A stretch of 64,000 nt of DNA from Nitrosopumilus sp. (GTDB lineage Archaea > Thermoproteota > Nitrososphaeria > Nitrososphaerales > Nitrosopumilaceae): positions 992,001-1,056,000 of the forward strand of contig OZ252243.1 of assembly GCA_965249555.1 (NCBI GenBank), given 5' to 3'. Both the position numbers and the translations under genes were made by a program. Positions 29,547 to 39,465 of this stretch are shown here, piece by piece. The notes under the pieces are model-generated. The model was not told the origin of the DNA, searched no databases, and saw only the letters and a list, made by a program, of their open reading frames with translations. How positions within the stretch are numbered: position 1 is the first letter of the stretch; each line of letters starts with the position of its first letter.

Positions 29547-30104
29547 ATGTCTGAATCAAATCAAATCGATATCAACTCTTTACATCAAACAGTTTTACTA
29601 GAAACTGAAAATGATTCTATATTAGAAATTGATCAAAACTTTTACAGAAATCTCTCTGACTTTATAGGAAATTTAAGAAAACAAGAATTTGATGGAGTAG
29701 AGAGTAAAATCAAGGATGCTTTGATAGAAATGGCAACTGAATTGACGTCATTACTGATATACATTAGACTAGAAAAAATTTCTAAATCAAAAGATATCCA
29801 ATTTGGAAATCTTTTAGATGAAGAAAAATTCATTTTAGATTCACAAGAGGAACAAAGAGAAAGAATTGAAATGATTCTTTCTGCTACAATTAATGGAAAA
29901 TCAAAATTCCTTGAATCATTAGCTCAAAATCATAAAACAAAGAAAATTGTCATTAGATTTCTCAAAGAAGTAGAAGAAATTGTGGGTGCTGACCTTGAAA
30001 AATATGGTCCTTTCAAAACTGAAGATATTGCTACCATTCCATATGAAAACGCTCAGGCCTTAATTGCCAAAAATGCTGCAACTAAAATTCGCTGGGATGA
30101 TTAG
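29547..30104 (+). CDS. GINS complex family protein
   Basis: IVGADLEKYGPFKTEDIATIPYENAQALI B-domain. Confidence 0.85.
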   Translation: MSESNQIDINSLHQTVLLETENDSILEIDQNFYRNLSDFIGNLRKQEFDGVESKIKDALIEMATELTSLLIYIRLEKISKSKDIQFGNLLDEEKFILDSQEEQRERIEMILSATINGKSKFLESLAQNHKTKKIVIRFLKEVEEIVGADLEKYGPFKTEDIATIPYENAQALIAKNAATKIRWDD

Positions 30105-30137
30105 GTAAAAATTATACCTGTTTTATTTTCATATTAA

Positions 30138-30422
30138 ATGTCTCATACAGGTGTAGAAGTATTTGATTTTTTATTATTTTCAATTTATCCAGTAATTGGA
30201 ATCTTTGCTATTGAAGTTATAAGCCGATTAATCAAAGCCCCAAAATGGATTAAACTGTGGGTACAAGCAGCTGTATCAATTGGTTTTGGAGTTTATTATT
30301 GGTTTATTTTGCCTGCACCACAAAATTTCCCGTTAACTGCAATGGTAATGTTTGCACTTGCTATTGCATTAATTTATCAAGGCAGACGTGCAAAAATTTC
30401 TCCTGAAAAAAGTCCATACTAA
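30138..30422 (+). CDS. Small membrane protein
   Basis: 94-aa, three hydrophobic segments. Confidence 0.75.
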   Translation: MSHTGVEVFDFLLFSIYPVIGIFAIEVISRLIKAPKWIKLWVQAAVSIGFGVYYWFILPAPQNFPLTAMVMFALAIALIYQGRRAKISPEKSPY

Positions 30423-30646
30423 TCTTTGAATCTACTGAATATTCTTTTGAAAATATTTGGTTTGTCTCTACCCCCATCTCGTATCACTTTTTTCTCACCA
30501 AATCTTTTTGCTCTAATTTGTGTTAGCTTTACACATCTATGTTCCTCAGGTAATCTATGTTCAGCACAAAATGGATCCTTGCAATAATTACAATGAAATG
30601 GCATATCTGTTAAATCACCACAATAAGCACATTTCTCAGACTCCAT
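30419..30646 (-). CDS. AN1-type zinc finger protein
   Basis: CAYC..MPFHCNYCKDPFCAEHRLPEEHRC. Confidence 0.88.
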   Translation of the reverse strand: MESEKCAYCGDLTDMPFHCNYCKDPFCAEHRLPEEHRCVKLTQIRAKRFGEKKVIRDGGRDKPNIFKRIFSRFKD

Positions 30647-30748
30647 AGCTTAGTTAGTCATTTTTCATTTAATAAAGGTGATAGTACTTTTTTTCCTAAA
30701 GTGATTTAGTCTAAACGTTTTTACGATGATGGAATTGGTTCAAATTAA

Positions 30749-31489
30749 ATGATTAAAGATAAAGTTGCAATAATTACAGGAGCAAGCAGTGGTATTGGAT
30801 TTGCAACTGCTTTGACATTATCAAAAGCAGGAGCTAAAGTTGCTATTGGCGCAAGACGAGTCGACAAATTAGAAGCACTTGCAAAACAAATTACTGATAA
30901 TGGTGGAGAGGTATTTTATCAAAAATTAGATGTCACCCAAAGAGAAGAGTGTGATAATTTTGCAAAAGCAGTTTTAGAAAAATGGGGATCCATCGATATT
31001 CTTGTAAATAATGCAGGTTTGATGCCTCTAAGTTTCTTCAAAACCCTGAAAGTAGATGAATGGGATAGAATGATTGATGTGAATATCAAAGGTGTATTGT
31101 ATTCTACAGCCTCAGTAATTTTACATATGAAAGAAAAAAAATCTGGTCACATTGTAAATCTATCATCTGTTGCTGGAAGAATTGTTTTTCCAGCTGGTAG
31201 TGTTTATTGTGCAACAAAACATGCAATTGCAGCATTTAGTGAAGGATTAAGACAAGAATTCAGTGTACGTTCTAACATTAGAGTAACTTCTATTGAACCT
31301 GGAGTTGTAGCAACAGAACTTAATGATACTATTACTGATGAATCTTTGCAGGGATTTGTTGAAAATACAAAAAAGATGGAAGCATTACAAGCAGAAGATA
31401 TTGCAAATGCAATTTTGTATGCAGTTGAATCCCCGTCACATGTTAATGTTAATGAAATTTTGATAAGACCTACTACACAAGAACGTTAA
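30749..31489 (+). CDS. SDR-family oxidoreductase
   Basis: TGASSGIG, NNAG, YCATK. Confidence 0.93.
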   Translation: MIKDKVAIITGASSGIGFATALTLSKAGAKVAIGARRVDKLEALAKQITDNGGEVFYQKLDVTQREECDNFAKAVLEKWGSIDILVNNAGLMPLSFFKTLKVDEWDRMIDVNIKGVLYSTASVILHMKEKKSGHIVNLSSVAGRIVFPAGSVYCATKHAIAAFSEGLRQEFSVRSNIRVTSIEPGVVATELNDTITDESLQGFVENTKKMEALQAEDIANAILYAVESPSHVNVNEILIRPTTQER

Positions 31490-31508
31490 GTTAACAAATT
31501 TAAAATGA

Positions 31509-31718
31509 TTATATTTCTTCTTCTTTCTCTTTTGAAAGATGTTCAAGGATAGCTCTTACTTTAACACCAAGCTCTTGTTTATCCATTGACAGATTTAGTT
31601 TTTCAGGAATTTTATTTTTAAAATCTTTATTTTCCATTTCGATGCTTCTTTTTTGAACACAATCTAAATGATCTTGATCAGTAGCTGAAATCTTGTGGCA
31701 AATGTTACAAATCTTCAT
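31509..31718 (-). CDS. Small hypothetical protein
   Basis: 69 aa; CNIC..H..C N-terminus. Confidence 0.65.
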   Translation of the reverse strand: MKICNICHKISATDQDHLDCVQKRSIEMENKDFKNKIPEKLNLSMDKQELGVKVRAILEHLSKEKEEEI

Positions 31719-31774
31719 TATTATTATTAATCAATACGACGATTTAATAATTTCTTTTTGTGCCTTTGTGACAA

Positions 31775-31848
31775 GGGATCGTAGTCTAGCTTGGTATGAT
31801 ACTAGTCTGGGGGACTAGTGATCGCAGGTTCAAATCCTGCCGGTCCCA
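31775..31848 (+). tRNA. tRNA-Pro(GGG), intronless, CCA not encoded
   Basis: Acceptor GGGATCG/CGGTCCC-A; anticodon arm CTAGT-CTGGGGG-ACTAG; T-arm GCAGG-TTCAAAT-CCTGC. Confidence 0.95.
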
Positions 31849-31858
31849 TTACACTTTA

Positions 31859-32020
31859 GTGACTCAAATAATACCATCGTCTAATACTGACGTGATAAAG
31901 CTAGAAGACATTGGAGAAAATGTCTACGATAACTTTCTAGAATCTATGCGTATCTTAGAAACAAAAAGGATGTATGTTAGAAACCTAAGAAAATTTTTGA
32001 ATCTAATACCAAATAATTGA
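31859..32020 (+). pseudogene. Probable N-terminal fragment of a tyrosine integrase
   Basis: VYDNFLESMRILETKRMYVRNLRKFL core-binding-like helix, directly after attL, truncated at 53 aa. Confidence 0.55.
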
Positions 32021-32150
32021 ATTTTTGAGATATTTTCACTACTCTAGGCATGGCAAACAGCTCAAGTTCTGAGCTTTTGACTTGATGAACTTCTTAAAGA
32101 ATTAACTAGTATAATACAAGATATTTCTTATAATTAGAAGGTGATTTGTA

Positions 32151-33485
32151 ATACCTAATAATAAAAAAGTCAAAGAGTTTAGAGATCCATTACATGGATT
32201 TATTGATGTAAATTCTTTCGAATTAAAAATTATAGATACTCCTGTTTTTCAAAGGCTTAGAAACATTAAGCAACTAAGTTTAGGACATCTAGTCTATCAC
32301 GGAGCTGAACATTCAAGATTTGGTCACATGCTTGGTGCGATGTATCTAGCTGGAAGGGCATTTGATTCATTGGAAACTAATACAAACAATCTAGGAGAAA
32401 AATTTGATGCTGATGAAACTGATCGGCAAACCATTAGAATTGCTGCGTTATTGCATGATGTTGGTCATGCACCATTTTCACATTCTTTAGAAACTTTATT
32501 GAATGCAAGCCATGAAGATTATTCAAATGCATTAATTGATAATTATTTTACACCATTTATTGAAGAAGCAAAAGTAGACATTCAAACTGTAAAAAACTTG
32601 ATATCTGGAGATCCTTATCCCAAAAAACCATATCTTAGTCATATTGTTAATGGACAGCTAGACGTTGATAGACTAGATTATCTATTAAGAGATTCTCACT
32701 ATACTGGAGTTTGGTATGGAGAATTTGATCTAGACAGAATTATTGAACAACTCTGTGTGGTTGATAAAAGATTTGTTGTTAAACAAGGAGGATTTGAATC
32801 AGTAGAACAGCTTATTGTAGCAAGACATCACATGTATCAAGGTGTTTACTTTCATAAAACAAAACGTGCTTTTGAATTAATGTTATGGAAATGTTCAGAG
32901 ATTTTAAGGAATAAAGGAATTATATCATATCCTAAAATTGAAGAATTGAACACCAAAGAAGTTTGCGATAAATTTGTAAAATATGATGATAATTGGTTTT
33001 TAAATCTATTATATCAAGAAGATAATCCAGAGGAAGTACAAACAATTGCAAAAATGATAAGAAATCGAATACCTTATCTTGAAACCTATTCCCCATTGAC
33101 GTATAGGAAAGAATCAGACTCTATTTTACAAATGCCTGATGATTCAATCAAACAATTAGAACCAATACAAACACATCTTCTAAAGAAAAGTGAATCACTT
33201 GGAATAAAAGAACATGAATTACTCACAGATGATCTATCTCGAGCTCCATACAATTTAATGCCTAATTATCCAATCTCTAATGAAGCAGAGCCAGAAGGAA
33301 ACACCATTCAAATCTATTATAAAAACAACAAATTGATTGAACCAATTGAAAAGCGCTCAAAATTAATACATACGCTAGGTGGAAATAGACCTCTTATGAT
33401 TAGAGGATTTGTAATACCTGAAAAATACAATATAATAAGAGAGTTCCTAAAAAGCAACTACGATTATTCTTTACCTGATCGTTAA
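32151..33485 (+). CDS. SAMHD1/YwfO-like HD-domain phosphohydrolase (putative dNTPase)
   Basis: Frame open upstream of the ORF-track start: FRDPLHGFI..TPVFQRLRNIKQL..YHGAEHSRFGH, then LLHDVGHAPFSH, DVDRLDYLLRD, ARHHMYQGVYFHK. Apparent ATA start. Confidence 0.88.
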   Translation: MPNNKKVKEFRDPLHGFIDVNSFELKIIDTPVFQRLRNIKQLSLGHLVYHGAEHSRFGHMLGAMYLAGRAFDSLETNTNNLGEKFDADETDRQTIRIAALLHDVGHAPFSHSLETLLNASHEDYSNALIDNYFTPFIEEAKVDIQTVKNLISGDPYPKKPYLSHIVNGQLDVDRLDYLLRDSHYTGVWYGEFDLDRIIEQLCVVDKRFVVKQGGFESVEQLIVARHHMYQGVYFHKTKRAFELMLWKCSEILRNKGIISYPKIEELNTKEVCDKFVKYDDNWFLNLLYQEDNPEEVQTIAKMIRNRIPYLETYSPLTYRKESDSILQMPDDSIKQLEPIQTHLLKKSESLGIKEHELLTDDLSRAPYNLMPNYPISNEAEPEGNTIQIYYKNNKLIEPIEKRSKLIHTLGGNRPLMIRGFVIPEKYNIIREFLKSNYDYSLPDR

Positions 33486-33546
33486 TGAAAAATAATTGTA
33501 AATATTTAAGATCAAGTATATCTATCTATATTCATGGTGGAGATGG

Positions 33547-34113
33547 ATGGATTTGCAATTAGTTTCAAAAAATAATATTGCATTATTATTAATTAAAAAA
33601 GCCTCAGAAATTGAAGGGTTAACACCTGGAATAAAAGGGAAGAAAGCCTTCCAAAAAAGTCTATATTTTTTAAATCAACACCACAATATTTTTAAATTTG
33701 GATGGGGAGATTATGGCCCATTATGCGCCGAAATTCAACAAATTGCTGAAGATCTAAAAGCAAACGGAAAAATCATCGTAAAAGAAATTACTACAAGAAA
33801 AGAAGGGGCAATAATTCTAAACATGACTTTTTCTCAAGAAAACAATACTCATTTTTCAGAAATAGAATTTCCATCGGATTTAGAAAAATTAATTGCAAAA
33901 GTAACTAAATTTCTAAGTAGCTACGAACCACGAGATCTTGAGTTGTTAGCTTCAGTACATTATTGGGCAAAGAAAGAACAGTTTTTCACAGATAAATATA
34001 CTGTTGAATACATTTACAAAAAGCTTTTTGAGTTAAAACCAGATGCAGTATTTACTGAAAAAGATGTTAAAGAAGCTCTAACCACTTTAGAATCTCAAGA
34101 GTATCTACATTAG
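33547..34113 (+). CDS. YwgA/Panacea(DUF4065)-like protein
   Basis: GKKAFQKSLYFL...F.WGDYGPLCAEI and DLELLASVHY. Confidence 0.65.
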   Translation: MDLQLVSKNNIALLLIKKASEIEGLTPGIKGKKAFQKSLYFLNQHHNIFKFGWGDYGPLCAEIQQIAEDLKANGKIIVKEITTRKEGAIILNMTFSQENNTHFSEIEFPSDLEKLIAKVTKFLSSYEPRDLELLASVHYWAKKEQFFTDKYTVEYIYKKLFELKPDAVFTEKDVKEALTTLESQEYLH

Positions 34114-34222
34114 TTATTTAATGAGTTTTGTAAATCAGGAATTAATTATATTTTCATATCTACTGATATCAAAACAATCACCAAAAACCTTCAAATCCTG
34201 CCGGTACAATCCTAAATGATCT

Positions 34223-35004
34223 TCATAACACTTTATGATGTTTGTATAATGCATAAATGATTAGCATGAATGATATCATCCACAGTGTTTTGATTGGAGA
34301 ATTATGAGTATATGCCTCAATTGTTTCTAAATAATAATACGCAGAATCAGCTACCACCCAAAATAAGATTCCAATTAACAACAATAACCATGTAGATTTG
34401 AGAACCGAAGTTCGAAAAACACTTGCCCCAACAACTACAAGTGCTAACATTACTGATGCCCCAATAACAAACAGATTGCTATAGACTATGTCAAAAACAA
34501 GTCCATCATATTCTCCCCAAGAGTCATAAGCAGTAATTGTAAAAATAAAAACTGCAATAATTGGAATTACAACAATTGGAGCTTTCATTGAGTTGGACCA
34601 TTTTGGTTTAAAGTATTTTGTGTTAAGACCTAGATGTAAGATTGCAAAAACATAGTTTGCAAGAAAACCTACATCAAATGGAGATGGCCAAGGATCAATT
34701 TCTAATACAAGTTCATTATAATAATATCCAACATCTGCTATAAACCACGCAAAAAATCCCAATCCCAAAAACAGATATGCTTTTTCAAGCATTGCAGAAC
34801 CATGATATTTTTTGGCAACTAAAATGGAGTATATTCCACAACCTGCAATTCCTGCTAAATAGATCCCATCTTTAATATCAAAGTATGAGCCATCAAAAAA
34901 ATACAAATTATATACAATATCGACTACAGACAGAGATGCAATTATGGCAATGACCTTGTAGTTATTCTTGTTGGAAGTTTAGTAATGGCATCTGTACTAG
35001 TCAT
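34223..35004 (-). pseudogene. Multi-pass membrane protein, apparent frameshift near 34972
   Basis: 227-aa hydrophobic ORF extends upstream in frame (NKNNYKVIAIIASL) to a stop at 34979-34981; ATG 35004 (MTSTDAITKLP) is in another frame. Confidence 0.55.
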
Positions 35005-35057
35005 TTTAGGATCATGTGAATATATCCTATAAAAATATAGTAAATCCTATTGATCCT

Positions 35058-35819
35058 TTACAATTTTAGAATTTTTAATAGTTTTTCAAAATTTACTCGT
35101 GTCTTTTCTTGTTTGTATTGTTTTAAGATCTTGATAATTTTCTCTTTAGGTGGATTTTTGTAGATTTTTTGAGTTTTTTTTGCAATCCCTGATCCAATAA
35201 AAATTGCTTGAGTAACTGATGTAACATTTGATGATCTTCTTTTAGTGCTAGAACTTTCAAAATCAATTAAGGTGGATTTTGTTTTTCCTACAATGACATG
35301 TTTTGAAACATTGCTTAATTCACCATGATCCAAACTTATCTGATCCAGTCTATAACAGTCTTCTAAAACATTTCTGATTGTAGATTTTAATTTCTTTGCA
35401 CTACCTATTCCTTTTAACGCATTTACCCATTGTCTAATATCAATCCCTTCAAGATATTCCATAACTAAGAAATTTTTACTTACAACATACATTTTTGGTC
35501 CAACATTTACTGAATTTGCTAATTTTAGTAATATTGCTTCATTTTGCATTTCATTTCTTTGCGAATCTGTTCGTCTAATTTTTAATGCAACCTGCTTGCT
35601 TCCTTTTTTTGCTAGAACTACAACTCCAACGTATCCTTTTCCTAAAATTGCTAAATTTCCAAGTGTAGTAGAACCTGTAAATGAAACTGACTTTATTTTT
35701 AATTTCTCTAATTCATTAATTCTTGATCTAATTTGTCTACTGGTAGCTTTTGGATATCCAAGAATATTTGAGTATGGCTCATCCGCAAATTTCTTAATTG
35801 AAATGAAGGAGTGTGCCAT
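35058..35819 (-). CDS. RIO/Bud32-like Ser/Thr kinase
   Basis: LGKGYVGVV, VALK, LVMEY, DHGEL, IDFE. Confidence 0.85.
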   Translation of the reverse strand: MAHSFISIKKFADEPYSNILGYPKATSRQIRSRINELEKLKIKSVSFTGSTTLGNLAILGKGYVGVVVLAKKGSKQVALKIRRTDSQRNEMQNEAILLKLANSVNVGPKMYVVSKNFLVMEYLEGIDIRQWVNALKGIGSAKKLKSTIRNVLEDCYRLDQISLDHGELSNVSKHVIVGKTKSTLIDFESSSTKRRSSNVTSVTQAIFIGSGIAKKTQKIYKNPPKEKIIKILKQYKQEKTRVNFEKLLKILKL

Positions 35820-37125
35820 CTGTTGAAATCAACTCACTTGCAGCCTCTTTAATTGATTTGCTTAAATTTTTGTTTCCTACTGAAACCTTGAAACCTCGTT
35901 TGAAATCACTTTGAAGACCTTTTGGTATGTCTGTTCTAAGATTATTTTTCAAAAATTCTATCATGAATCTGACTGCTTCAGTATGTTTTCTTTTTTCTAA
36001 TGAAATTATTTTTTTATTCTTTCCAATCCACATTAATTCCGTATTTACAATATTTTTAGAAATAAAACTCTTGGAACTATTTTCTCTAAAATATTCTGGT
36101 CCATTTTTTTGATACATTTTTGAAATTTTTGTAGATTCTAGCAAGAAAAAGAGATAGACTTCTTTTTGTTGGTCTGTATGGGGCTTACTTCTTAGTACGT
36201 CAAATCCACCTAATTCTAATTGAGTAGACAATGATGAAGTGGCTCTTTTAATTTGCCCCCATATTATATCTGGGCTTCTAATTTTAAAGTCAAATTTTAT
36301 TACCAACAAATTTTCCCAATGTTTCCTTGAAACTGTTGATTTTTTGTACTTGAAGAATCCTATTGTAGGTTTTTCTTTAAAAGCTCTAGAAACAAGAATA
36401 AATTTTCCAAGATTTTCATCAGAAATTGCAGCAGCTAAATTTCTATTACTATCAATTGGATCTATAATCACTATTGATGTTCCAAATTTCTTTGAAGTCT
36501 TTCCAATAATTTGATTTTCTTTAATTCCTGATATTGATTTAATTACATTTTCAAAACTTCCAAAATTTAAGATTAAAACTTCTGAAACATAACTACTAAA
36601 TCCTTGTTTTGCAATTTCAGATCCGTAAATTTTATTTGATTTGAAAAATGTTTTTAGAATTCTAACATCGTTTCTCATTTTAGATGTTAGTGATTTTTCC
36701 ATGAGTTTTGTATGAAATGGAGATCTATCAGCAGCACTCTTCCACTCTCCAATTTTTACATCATAAAATGGTACAACATTGATCTTTGTGTTCTTAATTT
36801 TAGCCTCAACATATGGATGCTCAGAATATCTAACATATGGAGAATATTTTTTCAATGATTCAAAACCAATTTTTTTTGAGATCTTTTCAAATTTTTCTTC
36901 TGATGTAGATTTCTTGAATCTGATAAAAATATCTACATCTGCATCTTTTGATAACCAAGTACCTTTTGCAAATGAACCACCAAATTCTAATCCTATAATT
37001 TCTGTAAATTTTTCAATTTCTTTTTTAACTAAGCTAAATGCTAGTTCAGCAATTTGTTTTTTTGAGTTTTCTATTGTTTTTGATGGAATGACAGACTTGG
37101 AAATTTTAGAAATAATTTGTTTCAT
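35794..37125 (-). CDS. cca: Archaeal CCA-adding enzyme
   Basis: GGSFAKGTWL..DVDIF, YSEHPY, SAADRSPFH, DPIDSNRN. Confidence 0.94.
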   Translation of the reverse strand: MKQIISKISKSVIPSKTIENSKKQIAELAFSLVKKEIEKFTEIIGLEFGGSFAKGTWLSKDADVDIFIRFKKSTSEEKFEKISKKIGFESLKKYSPYVRYSEHPYVEAKIKNTKINVVPFYDVKIGEWKSAADRSPFHTKLMEKSLTSKMRNDVRILKTFFKSNKIYGSEIAKQGFSSYVSEVLILNFGSFENVIKSISGIKENQIIGKTSKKFGTSIVIIDPIDSNRNLAAAISDENLGKFILVSRAFKEKPTIGFFKYKKSTVSRKHWENLLVIKFDFKIRSPDIIWGQIKRATSSLSTQLELGGFDVLRSKPHTDQQKEVYLFFLLESTKISKMYQKNGPEYFRENSSKSFISKNIVNTELMWIGKNKKIISLEKRKHTEAVRFMIEFLKNNLRTDIPKGLQSDFKRGFKVSVGNKNLSKSIKEAASELISTDGTLLHFN

Positions 37126-37664
37126 TTTACTGCATTAATCTCCTCTAAATCAGAATAGATTGGTCCATTTGATGTAAGTTCACTTTTTTTCAATTTGATA
37201 CTAGTTACTTTTTGTATTCCAAAATCTATCATTTTTTGACTATCCAATTCTTCTGTTATATCTCCTACCTTCTTTTTAATTCTAAATACTGTGATATGAG
37301 GTTTGAATGGCTTATCTGAAAAAAATCCTAATGGTTCTAACACTTTTTCAACTTTTTTTGATAACTGAATTAACATGTTTCCTCCATTGTCGTCTGTTCC
37401 AATCCAAATCACTCTTGGAAATTTAGGTTTGGGAAATGCACCTGTTCCTTTCAAGTTTACACTAAAACTTGAAAATTCAATCTTACGAAGGGCTTGGATA
37501 ACTTTTTGTAAGATCTCCTCTGAAATTTCACCTAAAAATTGTAATGTAAAATGAAAATTTTTTGATTCTACGGGTTTAGCATCAATGTTAATTTTAGTTT
37601 GAAATTTTTTTATGGAATTGATAATATCCTCATTTGAGATTTCAATTGCTACAAAAGTTCGCAT
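37122..37664 (-). CDS. thpR: RNA 2',3'-cyclic phosphodiesterase (2H family)
   Basis: HFTL and HITV motifs. Confidence 0.92.
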   Translation of the reverse strand: MRTFVAIEISNEDIINSIKKFQTKINIDAKPVESKNFHFTLQFLGEISEEILQKVIQALRKIEFSSFSVNLKGTGAFPKPKFPRVIWIGTDDNGGNMLIQLSKKVEKVLEPLGFFSDKPFKPHITVFRIKKKVGDITEELDSQKMIDFGIQKVTSIKLKKSELTSNGPIYSDLEEINAVK

Positions 37665-37736
37665 TATATCATTTTTTGAAGTATCTTTATAATAATTTCC
37701 GGTAGCTTCATAGACGAGACTCTTTTTTGATATGTA

Positions 37737-38285
37737 TTGACAAAACTAATTGTATGTCTAACAGGCATGCCTGGTGCTGGCAAATCTACTATTGCTGAAG
37801 GATTGAAACCAAAAGGATATGACATTATCAATATGGGGAATGCTGTTAGAGAAGAAGCAAAAAAAAGAAACTTAGAATCAACCAGAAAAAATCTTGGAAA
37901 ACTAATGCTTGAGCTTAGAAAAAAAAATGGTCCTGGTGCAATAGCAGAATTAGTAAAACCCAAAATAGAATCCTCTACTACTAATGTGATACTAATTGAT
38001 GGAATTAGGTCTACTGATGAAATACAAGTCCTTAGAAAACTTGGTAGTGTAAAACTATTAGCAATTCATGCATCAACTGATACTAGATTTGATTTTTTAC
38101 AAAAAAGAGGAAGATCAGATGATCCTCAAACAAAAGACCACTTTGAAGAACGAGATAATCGCGAATTAGAAGTTGGAATTAGTAGTCCAATTGCACTATC
38201 TGATTATGCCATATCAAATATTGGTTTGACAAAAGACAAGTTAATAGAAACTGCCTTCAAAATTATTCAAAGTTGGATAGAATGA
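37737..38285 (+). CDS. Dephospho-CoA-kinase-like P-loop kinase
   Basis: GMPGAGKST, IDGIRS, RGRSDD. Confidence 0.85.
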   Translation: MTKLIVCLTGMPGAGKSTIAEGLKPKGYDIINMGNAVREEAKKRNLESTRKNLGKLMLELRKKNGPGAIAELVKPKIESSTTNVILIDGIRSTDEIQVLRKLGSVKLLAIHASTDTRFDFLQKRGRSDDPQTKDHFEERDNRELEVGISSPIALSDYAISNIGLTKDKLIETAFKIIQSWIE

Positions 38286-38689
38286 GAATTCCAAATATCA
38301 GTTGCAAAATAGAGATGTTTTGTTCAGTAAATCCTTCTGAGGATCCTAAAAAAATTAAAAAAGCAATTTCAAATATTTTTACATACTCAAATATAAAAAC
38401 CGAAATTTTTTCAGTTAGTGCTCAATCCAAAGATCTCAAGTCTTTAGAAAAGATTTACGAAACAGTTCACACTAAACAATCTCAAAAAATCTATCGACGT
38501 AATCTTGAAAAAAATTTAGAAAATTATACTACCTGGTTTTATCTAAATAAACAAGCAGCTTTTGTTGAAAAAATAGCAATTTGTGAAGAAGCAAACGAAT
38601 CTCCTTTAGGACCCATTAAAGTAATTCTCACTTCATCATATATTGATAGAATTATTGATTGGATTGTTTCTAGGGATGATGAAATTTAG
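38282..38689 (+). CDS. DUF54-family putative RNA-binding protein
   Basis: VNPSEDPKKI, LNKQAA, SPLGPI; ATGA overlap with upstream gene. Confidence 0.8.
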   Translation: MRIPNISCKIEMFCSVNPSEDPKKIKKAISNIFTYSNIKTEIFSVSAQSKDLKSLEKIYETVHTKQSQKIYRRNLEKNLENYTTWFYLNKQAAFVEKIAICEEANESPLGPIKVILTSSYIDRIIDWIVSRDDEI

Positions 38690-38762
38690 CTAAGAAAATT
38701 TAATCATTGTTGAATATTTTTTTAGTTTGAATCTAAAATCCTTTTTTTTGAATTAATATTAA

Positions 38763-39464
38763 ATGTTCATAAAATTAGGCATAATAGCTGGAATTGTAAT
38801 CTTGGGAGGTATGATATTCTCCACAGAAATTGGTAATATTTTTCCAACTACTTCTGCCACCATATTTGATTCTTTAATGGATGATGTAACAAACTTTGGT
38901 TCAAAAGCTTCAGATTCTGCAGACCAAAGAATTGATGAATCAATTGATCAAATAATGTATGAAACAAGTAATTCTATAACTAATGGAATTAGTAACGCTG
39001 GAGATACAATTACTAATGAAATATCTGAAGTAAAAGAATCATTTCAAAAAACCATTAGTGAAGAGATTTTAAATTTTAATCCTATTGAAGCTATTACAGA
39101 TATTTTCACAGGTGGTTCAAGTTCATCAACTACAAGTTAATCAACTACAAGTTCATCAATAGTATATGATACACTATCTTTGTCTACTAAACAACAACTA
39201 GATAACAATATTCTTCTTCAATATTCTGATTCAAGTGGGAAAACACAAAGTGTTACTGTTGTAATTAGAACTGAACAAAAAGAAATTTTTTCAGGCACAT
39301 TTTTTACTTCAATGTTTGAAACTACTGTAAATGATGCCACTGGAATTCCTTACTATGTAGATATGATTGTTGAACATGAAGATCATGGTACAATTACCTC
39401 ATCAGTATTTAATCCTGGGGATGATTCTGATACAAAAATTAATACCATATTTTCACAATCATAA
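38763..39464 (+). pseudogene. Membrane-anchored protein split by in-frame TAA at 39138-39140
   Basis: ORFs 38763-39140 and 39180-39464 share a frame; the stop lies in a 15-bp repeat where other copies read TCA. Confidence 0.75.
39120..39158 (+). repeat. 15-bp tandem repeat (about 2.6 copies) encoding SSSTT
   Basis: AGTTCATCAACTACA AGTTAATCAACTACA AGTTCATCA. Confidence 0.85.
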
Positions 39465-39465
39465 T

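Larger units (their letters stand above)
31829..34205. mobile_element. tRNA-Pro-integrated islet bounded by 16-bp att direct repeats
   Basis: TTCAAATCCTGCCGGT at 31829-31844 (tRNA 3' half) and again at 34190-34205. Confidence 0.85.

Noticed and set aside
31796-31858. 5' part of ORF 31796..32020 as protein
   Set aside because: Overlaps tRNA-Pro; only the part from GTG 31859 is plausible
39138-39140. Sec/Pyl read-through of the in-frame stop
   Set aside because: The codon is TAA, which is not recoded; a point change from TCA explains it
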